A DNA stretch of 64,000 bases from Pavona decussata (Eukaryota): NCBI GenBank assembly GCA_977016875.1, contig CDRNST010000054.1:1116001-1180000 (forward strand), in the 5' to 3' direction. Shown here one piece after another: positions 1 through 13,935 of this stretch. The position numbers and the translations under genes were made by a program. Below the pieces are notes generated by a model. It ran no database searches. It was not told the DNA's origin and saw only the letters and a program-made list of their open reading frames with translations. Positions within the stretch are counted from its first letter, which is position 1, and each line of letters opens with the position of its first letter.

Positions 1-469
1 AAATTGCGCTGAAAAGGAGGCACCCGAATGAGAGAACTTGATATTAGGTTTCTAAATGTTAAGCCTTTTTCTTTTGAAATGTGCAGAGAGGTTCGGGGAG
101 GGTGGAAGTCATAAAAGTATTAAAGCACAACCCGGTGAATACCTAAATACTCCGTGTAAAAATCGTATTAGGGGTCTCAGCATTTTCTGGGGTTCACAAG
201 GTTAACTGTTTTCAGAGTTCAAAGGTCGTTTCCGCCGGTTCATCTGCTGGCTGAGGTGCGTGGTATTTGCAACAATTCTCAATAGTAGTTAGAGCCGATT
301 GGTTTTGTTTTGGATACGGCTTGCAGACAGCAACTAATTTAAGCGGTATCCTCCCCCCGCTGTGTAATCTGAGGCTCAACGCACTTCATAACGCCTATGT
401 GTGATGAAATCGCTGCTCCTTCAATGGCGTAGCGTTATTTTATCCCACTATATTTTGTCGTATTTGCAG

Positions 470-555
470 GGATTTACAAGGATGACGGTCCTTTTGATGT
501 GATGATCGACATCGCTCAAATTAAGGAACTGCACACTGTTCCAAGTACAAGCGAG
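470..555 (+). CDS. XDH/AOX-like exon 1 (in window)
   Basis: ttgcag|...|gtctgt; [28 protein letters not shown]. Confidence 0.8.
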
Positions 556-3500
556 GTCTGTAAACCACTGCAGTATTTCAATCTGATTCTTTAGAGATCT
601 ATAGAAGTTAAACACTACCATGGAGCCCGGCCGCGGTGTCGAGTAATTTTAAAAGAGATTAGGATTAAAAAAACTAGCGAAAATTAAGTTTTTCTTAGTG
701 GGTATCTCTCATTTTATAGCCCATTTGCGAGTTGCTTTGAACCTCATTATGATGACGAGACTTCATGCAGATCTTTCACGTGAAAATTAGTCTTCCTTGC
801 ATATGAACGAAAACTAATTTTCATAATATGAACCGTGTGCGAAGTCCCATTTCATATTAAATGAGGTTCAAAGCAACTCGGAAATGGCCTATTGTCAGCT
901 AGTTATTACCCACTCGATTAATAAGTACAGCATTTTCGTTCTGCTCATTACAGGATATTAATATGCATCTGCTCTATATAATTCGATGAACAGTTGCGTT
1001 TAGTACAGCCATCACTATCTACCCTTTAACTTTTCCTGTGATTATCACTAATGGCAGCTTGAAACGCAATCATTTGCTCAGCTTTGGAAGTCAGGCTAGT
1101 GTTGTTGTTTTGGTTTGGTATGTTTGGGTTTTTTTTCAGTTTCACAAAGAAACGGAAATCATTCTCCATCTTTATACAACTAGAAGTCTCCTACATTTTC
1201 ATGAAATAATGAAAATTTAAACCAAATCAATGAGTGCTGGTCAACTCTACTCCCCGTATTGACTTCTCACTCGCCCATGGCCAGCTTGTGAGAGCAGACG
1301 CCTTTGCCGCGGCGGTTGAAACAAAAGGCGGAAAAGGCGTCTGCTCTCTTGGGGGCTAGCCCATGGACAACTCGGGACGTCCCGTCTATTGCAATACTTG
1401 TGTTGTTCTTATTGTCGTAGGCACCCAATGGCAGCATTGTAGTTGGTGGTGGTGTGTCATTAAACACATTCATTAATGTATTGGATAAAATATCCAGTGC
1501 ATGGGATGGCTTTAGAGTGATGGCCGATCACGTGAGAAAGGTAAGCTCTCTTGTTTAGTTTCCATCGAGTCTCTAATTTTATCCCAAAATATCGTCCAAA
1601 TGGTATTTCATGCAGAACTGATTCTTCGCACTTTTTGCAATACCCGTAATTACTAATGATCATGGGGATCTGATTGCACTATCGCCTGTGTAACATCCTG
1701 TGTGAGTGGTAGTAAAACTGATTGCGAATAATGCTCGCGATAACTGCTTACTACTGTTATAAACAAGATAAAAAGTTTAACACTGAATAAATTTTGTTCT
1801 GATTGATGGTTCTGTAAATGGAATGAACACTTACCTAAATCGAAAAGTGTTAGTTTTCATTTGAAGGCGACTGAGGAATGGTTTTACTGAAACAAACGAA
1901 TTTTACTCTCGTTTTTGTCTTATCTTTTAAACAGGTGGCAAACGTTCCAGTCAGAAATGTAAGTTGCATAACTCAATTTACTTTTTGTAATTAAAATTTT
2001 TGTAAAGAAATTGATAAGGATATAATGACGTATACTACTGACTTATGTATGATGAGTCGCTTTCCATGTAGTTCTTTTGGCATCTGAGCAGCATTTAAAT
2101 TTTTGCTATTTACTTTACGGTATTCGGGCCGTTATATTCCCAGCTCTTTATTGAATGATATATCATCCGAAATGGACAGCGTGTTTTTGCCTTACAGTTG
2201 ATGATCAGGGCCCAGTGGTTCTAATCTAATCCTGGGTTAACATGAACTTTGATTCGAGTTTAATTGCTAATCAATGAAGACTCTTCAAAAAGATTTTTGT
2301 TCCCTTAGTTTTCACTTGTACGTTTCTTTACTACTAGTTTAAAATTAGATTTTAAAAACATTTTTAATAAACGAGATGAAAACCTCGGTTAGTTTTTAAT
2401 CGTGGATTAGCGTTAATCGGCTTTCGAACAACCCGGCCCAGAATGTTCAAGCAGCCACTGTCCAAATCGAGCAACCTTTCTCAGCAACTAATTTCGGACA
2501 AGGATATTAGGGTTTAAATCATTTACCTTAAACCTTCTAGGTTGGCAGTATTGCCGGAAATATGATGCTTCTTCACGAGCACCCTGGATTTCAGTCTGAT
2601 ATCGTCCTTATCCTTGAAACCATTGGAGCTTCGCTTATTATTGGTAGGTTGGCTTACAATACACGAAATGGAGTCACTAATGACAACTGCAACTCGGTAT
2701 TTCATGTTTGTTTAGGCGTAACTATGAAACAAAGAAAGTTACGTTGGTAATAACAGTCAGCTTGAAATACTGACTAATTTGTAGAATATACTGAGAGTTG
2801 GTGTCCCTGCAGTATAAGATGACTGGTCCCATTTTGGCAAACTTGAGAAAAAAGTTGAAAAGGGCTGTGCGCCCAATAATGCATTACAGAAACCCTTTAG
2901 TACGTCATATATGCTTATGAATTCTGTATTTTGTAAAACCCAAGATGGTGGATGTTTTTGCAACTTCACATTTAATGATCTATGCCTGTCCTGTTAATAA
3001 GAGAAGATTTTTGGGAACATTTTAAAAGTCGAACCGTCATGTTCTTCTATCGCTAAAGGACTTTGCTGTTATCATTTGGGTCAAACTACGCGTTTCTCCC
3101 TGCTTTTTGTGAGTGCTTTTCTCTAAAGCTTATTAAGGTTACACGTCGGGGACACTGAGAATGTTCTTGGGATTTTAGAAGCTTTAGTGGTCAGAACCTT
3201 TTCCAGGCGAACAAACTGCAACTGCGAACGAGGGTAATGAATTATATAGTTAACTAGTTTAGCATGTTGTTCGCCACCTCAAATAGTGAGAAACCTCGTA
3301 TCACTCTTTTTGTCAGAAAAAAGTAACGTTGAAATGTTTTAATGAGAGTAATACATCGGAATTGCTAAAGTAGGCATTAAGCTATGCAGAAATCTAACCG
3401 CCACATATATTGACTAGAACGTTTCGACCGCATTCCTAACCCGTAACCCGTAAGCGCTCCGTTTTATTTCTTGGTTAAAACAAAAACTGTACCTCTTACG

Positions 3501-6500
3501 AGGCCGAAGCTTCTAACCGAGAATTGCCTGCAGAACCATTTTACTGCTCGGAAAATTGGTGCCTTGTTAGACGTTTAGCAAGCATTGGCCGGTAAAGTCT
3601 TGTCAGGGATTTTTGATATCGTGAGGCCAGTGCCTGCTAAACATCAACGGGTAAAATGGTTGCGCAGGTAATTCACGTTGATAAACATCGATCAATTTGC
3701 ACTTTAGCTCTCATATTGGCTACAGTTTTTGTTTCATCCAAGCAATTTTCATTTTCCACCTTTCTCAGTTTTGTGAGTGTTAAAATGATAGATAGGTTTG
3801 CGTACTAAGCTCTAAAAATGAGCGCTTGTGGGTCTTTGTGAGTAACGCGGTCCAAACGTTTTTCGACGTTTTTCTCTTTTCAGGGGACAGCTATTCGGGA
3901 ACAGAGACTGAGTATACTATAACAGCGTTCACTAACCTGGATATGAGTGGCAAGGTTTGATAATCCTTTAACACAAATTTCACTTAAATACAAAATCCCT
4001 TTACCTTCGTAGAGTTCGAAAGTAGTTGTCTTACTATTTTCAGAGGAGTCGTCATTTGAATGGAGAAACGTTAGGATACTGTCGACAAACGTCGGTCAAG
4101 TTAGAACTACCTTTTACAGGATGCGTGGGAAAACACCGCTATAAACCTTTCACAGGAATGGTTGCACTACAGATTCATGCACGGATTCAAAAACACAGTG
4201 CAGTTTCATATCGAAGTATTAAAAAGCATATCTTTCGTTCGTGGGTTCAAACTCGTTTAAACCTGAATGTTTTCAGGCAAGCAAACATGCATCTACACGG
4301 GTTAGACGGCTCTCGGACTCTTGGCATAACGGTTATGTGTCAGTGGTTTAATGGCTCATTAGCCTTAAATTCACTTAAGAAAAATAACTATTTCTTGTTT
4401 CCTTTGTAGATCATCTGGGCTGTCTTGCTGCCTGTGTATACGAAAGATACTATCATGCGTTCCTACAAAATCATGCCAAGAGCTCAGGTAAGAAACTGCG
4501 TGATAACAGATTACCAAAGCACAATAAGGATATTTCTTGAACATTGTTTGTAGCCACTGCTAGTTCACTCAGCACTCTACTTTATTAGTTTTGACTTCAC
4601 CTTTGCGAAACGCATCCCGATGGTAATAATCCCGTATCAGAACGGGTCTTGTAAAGACGAACATTAAATAAAAGATGTTAATAATACTAAAAGCGATGAC
4701 ATGGAATAAGTAACTGAGAAACAACCAAAAATAAACGACTGCCATAAGAACGAACCTTATCGGTGATTTTGCACTGGTTCACGTGGTCGGTAAAAGGGCA
4801 AAACACAACTATAAACACTGAAAACGAAGTGCACACACACAAAAAAATTAAGCAAAGAAACTGGCTTTAAAAAGATGAGTGACAAAAAAGGCCGTTTACA
4901 TACGTAATGATCTATAAGGTGTGGGGGCGAAAGGTATGAAAGGTGTAGCGTGAACAAATGAAACGAAGGTAAGCGTAAATTAGGCGCGCCAGAAAGATAA
5001 CTATGTAACTCGCTGTAACATTGTTTACATGTAGTGGCATCTGTAGGTGGCTAGTCCTTCCCGCCCTATTTGAACTTTGTAAACAAAAAACCTTTGTAGA
5101 AATCAAGCACTGATGGGTACATGTAAACCGAGTGATCAGTTACGCTTATTGCTAGAGAGGATATTGCAAAAACACATACACGCTCCTATTGTTTCTGTGA
5201 TAATTTATTTTAATTCTTATCAATTGAAGATCTTTTGCAGGTCTTGGTTAGCCTGGGAGAGCAGATGCCTTTTCCCGGAAAAGGCATCTGCTCTCGCAGG
5301 CCACGTCTTGGCCTTTGTTTACATTTCAGGTGGCCGCCTTGACATTTAAAAAAAGGTAGTTGTGGCCCGTTAGTCGGTATTGATTGGTTTGTGATTGTTT
5401 TGTTTTCAGAATGCCCATGCCTATGTGAATGCTGGTTTTAATGCTCAGGTGGACATGTCAACCATGACTGTAAAGTTTGTCAGCATTGTGTTGGGTGGAA
5501 TAGGACCATATCCAGTAAGTACATCGGCTGACTTATTTATTTAATGGATGGTTAATAAAGATGCCAAACAAGAAAGCCAAACGCCGATTTCTGGAGCGTT
5601 GGGCGAATAATATTATGCTACTGAAACAGGAATCAGTAAGGTGTAGTTAACTGTTGGCCGTAATTTATGATGTATTTGTGTTGCATTAACTGTATATTTT
5701 TTAATTTCATAGTATCACGCCAAAAACACAGAAACATTTCTGAAAAATAAAGTTCTGACCGAGGAAGCAACTCTCAAAGGTAATTTTTGCTGTTAAATAA
5801 GATTGAAGTACCTAGCTTGTAACTCATTTTGCAATACAATACAATACAAATGAATACACTAACAGGGCAATTTTTTTTTTTGCTCAATACACAAATAGAT
5901 ACATAAACAATATTAGATACATAAGCAATTTTGATCTGAGGGGGTAACTATTGTAAGGCAGTAATGTTCGCATGATCAGGCGTTGTATTTTAGCCAAGGG
6001 AGACGTTAGGCTTTGGAACTGCAAGTCCACCATTGGCAGAAGTCATTACTTAATCGAACATATTATTTATCAAGTAGCCTTATTATGTGTAGTCCAGATT
6101 TTGAGATGTTTTTCTTGCAGAATATGTGAGTGTACTTGTATACACGTGAGCGTAACAACAAACGGAGTACACAGGACGAATATTGCAAGAAAAACATTGT
6201 GCCTGCATTTCATAGCAAATAACAAAGAACTTCATTACGAATAATTATCTCAAGTGAGCGAACAGCAATCAGAAAAATGTCATATATTACATGAACATGT
6301 CCCTTAAAACAGCAAGCAAGAATACGATAAAGGCAAACTTAAGGCAGTAAGCTGTGTTCACCACAGAGAAACACACACGGTTTAGATCAAACAATACGTA
6401 AATCAATCAATTTTCTTGTCAAACTTTAGCCAGTCCTCATTCACCTGTGTTGTTAGGAAAAAAAAGATTAAGTGAGAGGACAAAAACTTACCACTTAATG

Positions 6501-9500
6501 GCATCACTCGAGTTACTTTTACAAGCAGCCTGGTAAAGCCCTTGAGAAACCTTAGCAAGGGTTCGGTGTTTCGCGGGATATGACTAGCCAACAAATTTCA
6601 AAGAATGTTGGTTCTCGGTACACAAAGACTAATGGAAGATCAGGCTCCCGTTCACCTTTGTCAGACGTAATAACTAATGGAGATCTCATCAGTAACTGTT
6701 CAGTGCGGGAATTACTTTCAGGATGGTAGTGGACAACAAGTATTCTGTTGGGGCAGGGCTGCATAGTAATTCGACAGGAGATTGCTAGCCTGTTCAGAGA
6801 TACCTATGTGACAGTGTACTTTATTTTTTTTTTCTTTCCTTCACTTTAGATTCCCTAACTTCTCTTGCAAAAGAAATCAATCCTGATTCTACACCCACCA
6901 GTGCCAGCAAAGAATACCGCAAGTCAGTGGCGTTGGGTTTGTTTTACAAGGTACTAAACAAAGATTTCGTTTTTTCGCCATGTTTTTAATGCAACGTCAA
7001 GTTGATTGTTGTTGCAAAAGTTGGCTTTTATGAAGGCAATCATCAGTCAGGGTTTGTGGTAAAGTCATTCCCTTACTTGCTAACGTGGGCTTGAACAAAA
7101 AGTTACCATTGCAGTGCAGTTGTGGGCAGTATAACTGCCCACTTTACCACATAATGTAGGTTCTGATTGGAGAAAAGCGGGACCACGTGTCTTAGTTATG
7201 TTAAGGAACCAATCTAGCGAGCCGCACTTATGACCAAGTCACCCACAAAACTACTAACGTGACAATGGATGATGAAGTACATGCACATGTATGACCATTT
7301 ACGTGGAAGCAATTCTGTATTGAATTTAAAAATTTTCGATTGATTTCTTTATAGTTCTACTTGTCTCTGCTTGGAGACAAAGCATCTGCACGGGTCAGGT
7401 CTGCAGCAGAGAACTTCACTCGCCCTGTGTCCTCTGGAGTACAGAGTTATGATACACAGTCTCAGGAATATCCATTAACAAAACCGATGAGTAAACTGTC
7501 TGCCAAACTACAGGTAAATCGATCAGCTCACAAACGAAAGAAAGGCTTTGAAAAATTTGAAAAGCTATTAACCTCCGTGTCGTTAAGGCCGATTTAGATG
7601 ACGTTATGTCTCTGTTTTATGTGACGCGTTAATAAGAAGCCAGTGATGCGGAACGTATATTAAACCTACAACGTCCTTACCGCTCGAAAAATGTGGTACG
7701 ATTTTGAAACAGGGTGTCAAACCCAACGGTATTCGTCGACACAGGCAATACTGAATGACCAGAGCTCTTTACGATATTTTCATGACTTAAGCAGCGCGTG
7801 CTACAGGAAAAAAAATGACATACAACAGTTGCAGGTATGCCGTGTAAATCGGCCTTTAAATCCAGGATTTGTAGGCTCTTGGGATCATAAAGACACTCAC
7901 TTTCCTCTGGTCTTTGTCCCCCGACTGGATTGATTGAGGGGCAAAAACAACAGATTTGGAAAGGTTGATCATTAACAGTTAGAAATTATAATGTTTTACA
8001 GTTTTAGTAAGACTTAGGCAAAGTAAAAGAGAATTTCTCAAAAAATTACTTCAACTGTTCAATAAAAAATTGTAACAATTTAATTACGGACGTTACATTA
8101 CTTAGTATTCCACATTTGCTTTCTTTCTATATTCAATTGCAAAAATTAAAAATAACCCTGATTTCTGAGTACATGCTACACACGTTGTGCCAAAGCGGAT
8201 CTCGAAAGTGGGGTAAGAACTATTTGTTACATCGGGAATCACCGTTCGTATCACTTAAAGCTTTACCAACAAATGTGTATCTTCTTTCTCTTCTCAGACG
8301 TCCGGGGAGGCTCAGTATGCATCTGATATACCCACACAAGGTGGTGAACTCTGTGCTGCTTTTGTAATAAGCAAGCAGGTATGAACCAGTAGACTCATGG
8401 TCGCTTGTGATCTGTCTTAGTGCATGTCTTGATACATGTGATTTAGCAATAGTGATATCAAGTTATCCGTTTAATTTACAGGGAAACTGCAAGATTGATT
8501 CTGTTGACTCATCGGAAGCCTTGGTAAGTAACTGAATTAATTGTTACAAAAGGGCAACTAGAGGTCAGGTTGATATAAAGATAGTTTTACAGCGCGTAGC
8601 CAGAACAGTTTAGCCACTTTGAATCCACATCCTTCAGTGGATGTCGGCTGCCCTGTCAAAACTTTGAAGAAAGCCCTCAAAATGCCATCTTGTTTAAATT
8701 GGTCGCTGAATTTCTGAAATCTGTTTGGAAAAGTAACCAAATTGATTGATGATGATTACACTTTTTTCCGTAGCTCTTTCTTTTTCTTTACATCATATCG
8801 CAAAAGCCAACTAACCCTGATAGACTCGGACTTTTGTTACCTTGGTTAAACCTTTTTCTATCCTTGGTTATCAGGAACGTTAGGGTTACCAGGGCAGACC
8901 TAGCTGTTTATCTTTATTTTAATTTAAAGGAAATCAGCGCTACCAGGATTTCCAGATTTATCAGGATTACCATGGTTACTTTTCAGAGTCTAAAGAAACC
9001 ACGGTAACCATGTTTAGCTCACAATCAGGCCCTTGGTATAGAAGTTAAGGGTGTCAGTAATATCCATCACCTTTATCAGACGTTTGATTAAACATACGAA
9101 AGTTTTCCGCCTTCTCATCCTTTTCGTCGACTTAACAAATCGACGGCAGTTTTCTATGGTCTATACTCTTATAGACCATAAAATGACGTCAAAAAATGTT
9201 CAAAACTCAAGTGGAACCACGAGCCGCAGGCGAGTGGTTTCACTGCCAAGTTTTGGACATTTTATGGCGTCATTTTATGGTCTATAAGAGTATAGACCAT
9301 AGAAAACTGCCGTCGATTTGTTTTTTACAATAACATGGAAAAAGTACGAGCGGAATTGACTATTTTTTTCGTTGAGAAAGCGCGCGCGTTACATCTGACG
9401 TCATTTTTATTGTCTGTACTCCTATAGACAATAGCTACGAGCCAATCAGCCCGCGAGAATTTGGACAGTTATTGTAAAAATTGCTATACATAACTATATG

Positions 9501-12500
9501 AACAGTATTATTTGAAAATGTGTTCCTCCATTGCAAAGCATTTCATTTGTCCTTACAACTTAGTAATTAACGTCTCTCGAAAGGCAAAAACATCGCGAAT
9601 CAGTTTCGATAAGGACCATGGTCAGTAATTGTGACAAATCAATATTCATGCGGAAAATGGCACCGAAGAGATGAGTTGGAATAATTGAAAATTCCAGAAA
9701 CCGTAATTTAAGTCTGAACATAAAAATTAGCTCGCGAAAGGATCTTACTAGGTGCTTTTTTTTTTTTTTTTTTTTTTTTTGCAGTTTGACTGTTTTTCTT
9801 CCAACATTTGTTTGTGAAATTTAACGTATTTTAGCCACCCTTTAGCAAACACAGTAAATGAAAATAACACATTGAGTGAGTCAGGATTCTAAGCTAAAGT
9901 AGTTGGCTGGCGAAACAGGCGCCAAGAGTGGCTTTGATCCCATATTTGTATTGACCAGTAATAGAACAGTAATTATTCCTTTAGAAGCACTTCTCTTATC
10001 CATTTGTTTGCTTTTCAGAAATTGCCTGGAGTGGTCAAATACATCACCGTTGCAGACATTCCCAAAGGAGGGGTTAATAATTTCATGCAAGCTGGTTATG
10101 AGCCTGAAGAGGTATAACAAGTTAATCATGTGATAACGACTTTAAGCTAATGAGAGCAGTGTAATGTTTATCGTGTTTAGACCACAAAACCATGACTTTA
10201 TAAGTTTGATAACCGTGATAAAGAAATCTAGTATAAGTCAAATGTGGAAGAAATACATTCTTTCGACAAATAAAAGGGCTAATGGCTTATTGTTCCGTAT
10301 TTCGTCCTGAAAGTGTTGCTGATCTATTTGTTTGTGGTGGTCTACAGCATTATCTTTTACGTCTATTGGGCAAGACTGAAACGAGGCCATTCTTCTTGAG
10401 AACACATTACTCGCTCCTGATTGGCTGGTTAGCCAGGAAGTCGTTTCCTCACTCAGGTGTCAGCTATAAATTTTCAAATCAAACAGATGCTACTGAGTGT
10501 GACTTATCTCGAAAAATAAACTGCTTTACTATCTTTCTGTGATTTCATAAAACGTACCAAAAAGGATGGAGATTCATCCGTGATTGTTCTCGCCTGATCT
10601 TAAGCGAAAAACTGGATAATAGTTAACCAGCACAAAAATAATGTCTTGTCTATAACAGTTGCTTTGCAGTGGAGATGTTTTATTTGCTGGTCAAGCTCTG
10701 GGTCTTATTGTTGCTGGTGAGTTTGTGCTCATTGCCACTTTCGTACAGCCCTTACTTATTGTTTATTGTTGAAATGAAGGATTTCCGGTCAAATCAGTTG
10801 TTTTCCTTTTCTGTCCAACTAGTCAGCTGGCTGCTGCGTTTGTTGCGCTCGTCTTGACCGCGATGCAAGTATTATCTTGTTCAAATATTTCCCCTTTAAA
10901 AATATTACCAAGTTCACTAAATAAAGAAACAAAAGCAACCAACTTTATTATCCGTCAATTATTTTTTAGCCATAAAATCTTTTTTTTTTTTCATGAAAGA
11001 ACAAGATGACTCACATCCGTCGTAAACAAAACGAAAACAACAACTAACCGACAACAGCTTTTGTAGTCATCCCTTATAATCCAAGGAAATTAAGAGTACG
11101 AAAGAAAACAAAGCATCCCATCAATCTATCTTGGACTGGCTAAAGTTCTTTCCCCAACCCCTTCCTCTTCCAAAAAAAAAAAAGATAACAAAAGAACAGA
11201 AACAAGCACGCCAAAAGTTAAACCCCCATCAAACCAGTTTACGAAGTAACGACTGATGTGTGGCTAGAACACGACCTTCAATCCTTTTCTTTTTGTCCAT
11301 GCTAAGAAAGCTCAATTTTCTTTGATCAATACTTATTAGATTCTAAATATTTGATGATTCTTGTGAAATGTTTATTTCTCACAGATACTCAGTGCCATGC
11401 AGATGAAGCAGCTAAGGCTGTGAAAGTGACTTACAAAGACTTGAAGAAGCCTCTTCTCCTCAGCATAGATGAAGCGATTGCGGCTAAGTCGTTCTTTGAC
11501 CCTCATGCTAACCCCGTGAAGAAAGGCGATGCAGATAGTAAGTGGTTTTGTATGGGAGCTTAGGATGTTAATTGTTTTATTTTAAGTTAGTTGCACTGGT
11601 CTGAATTCTGATTTTCTCTCAACCATTTCTTTGCCATCGCGGTATTGTCTTAGCACCAGAAAATTACGCCACAGTTTTGTCTCTTTATCTATACGCAGTA
11701 AGACGTGCTACACTAGTAAGTTTTCAGTTATTTGGCAAGTCGATATTTGAAATGTTTTATATCCAATTGTGTATGGCAGAATTTGTCAAGTATTCCCTAT
11801 TGTTCCAGTGTTTGAGCAAGATCACTGAAATTTTGTTCACCCGGCCTTGACGCACGAAAAACTCAAAATTGTCCAAATCAACTTGTCAAGGAAACTTGCT
11901 CGTGTGCCAGCACTCTTGGTGGGCATCGGCAAACACTTACTGAAAAATCATGGTGAGAGTGCTAACATCCCGTCAGATTTTAGAAAGGTGAGAGCAAACG
12001 CCTCTTAAAAGAGTACTTTCTTTCTCATCACAGTCAATCCCGAAGACATTAATTTCCTTGAAAACTATCTGGGGGAATATATTTTTTATCTCCTTCAAAA
12101 AGGAAAGATTGTCTTGGGTAAGCTGTTAAGGAATTGATTTTGGAGTGTTTTCTTAAAAGGAGAGCAATCGTCCAATATGGCGGTAAAGGATCAATGCTTC
12201 AGTATTCGAGGAAATATGGCGCGTCGGTTGACTGCTCTTACGTAGCGTGGTTTCGTGCAATAACAAAAAACATTCTTCAACACCAACAAATTTAGGAAAC
12301 CTTCGAAAGATTCTCAGCAAAGGAATGGTCAAGCTGCTTTTCTTTCATATAGTTTTACTGCGACTCATCTCTGCTTGATCGACAGCGCGCAGCACAATCT
12401 ATTTCGATCTTGAAGAAAATCTAAGTGTGGTAAATGTCGGGCTCTGTTATTGCTCAAGTGAGCTCAGTTTTGGAAAATCTCCTTGCTGCTCTTATTGATC

Positions 12501-13897
12501 CTCTCTCCCTTACCCAAAATGTCTTTTACTAATTCTAATCTGTACGTTTCTTCATCAGCTGCAATTAAAAACTCCGCCCATGTTGTGCAGGGCTCGATAT
12601 ATACTTCTCATCAGTACCACTTTCACATGGAAACACAGGTAAGAAACTCATTGTCCGTGGCAAAATCTTTGCAAACCTTTGCGACCGTTCCAGATGACTC
12701 GGTTTATTTGCAAGTACACATAAAATATTATTTTCATATAACAGACTGTATACCACGAATGGCGTCAAAAAAGTTAGTTGAGCTGGTTGTTGGTCCGCGG
12801 CCCTACTTCCTGATTTTTTCTTGGGGCCCTTCGATTTTCGTCCCTCATCGGAAGGTTGTTTCGCAAGTTTTTTTTAATTTTTGTATTTTGCTTGACAGGC
12901 AGCGCTGTGTGTTCCTGAAGATGATGGCATAACTGTCCACTGTGCAACTCAATGCGTTGATGGTACTCAAGCAGCTGTTGCGCAGACTCTGAATTTTCCT
13001 GTTCAGAGGTAGGTTTTGTTTAGCGCATATTTAGACCATTCCGGTGTAGAAAAACTGTTGTCCCTTTTAACTCGTGAAGACGCGTAACTTTGAAACAAGT
13101 TGTAGTGGTTAGAGTGAACATCGGGCACCGATACCACCATCCCACGTAAACTTTGATTGGCATTTCGCTGACCAGTGAACGCCTGTGAAATCATAACACT
13201 ACTTAAATACTACGGTCGGTTATATTTGATAAGTCAACAACATGGCTGCAGTCTTTGCAGCTAAGAGTACCCGCGTACTCGACCATCGACAAAGATTTCA
13301 AATTTCTCAGATCTAAGAGTAAAGTCTTATTATTTTACATCTGAACCAGTCCATATACTTTCTTTCGCCTGCTACACAGACACTCTTCTGCATTGTCAAG
13401 CAACTTTTCCTCCCTTGACTAATAAAACTCCTAATCATTTTCCATCTCAGTTCTGTTGAAGGTGTTTACTGTGCATCAACTAATCACTCTTCTTGTTTTG
13501 GCAGTGTGAATATGAGCGTGAAGAGGTGCGGTGGGGCATATGGAGCCAGGATCACCAGAGCCAATCAGATTGCTGCAGCATGTGCCTTGGCTGCATATGT
13601 TACAAAAAGGTTGAAATTCATCTTACAAGACTGTATTTACCCTTGCCCACTAGTTTTTTTCTAAAAACGTCTATATTATTTTTCATATGTTTGATTGTGG
13701 GTCACAAGGACGTAAGACTATTAAAACAAGAGCTGCTTCATCACTTAGCTTGTCTCAAACGTTTTTGCAAGGAATTCCCCCATCCTATTCTCATGCTTGT
13801 AATGCTGATTATTTCCTTGGCAATCACTTAGGATGATTCCCTAGCCGTGCAATCAATCGATCATTTGACCGTCATTTAATTAATTAATTAATTAATT

Positions 13898-13935
<38 letters not shown>

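Noticed and set aside
9756-9780. 25-nt poly(T) as a terminator or retrocopy tail
   Set aside because: Intronic homopolymer with no adjacent recognisable element or TSD.
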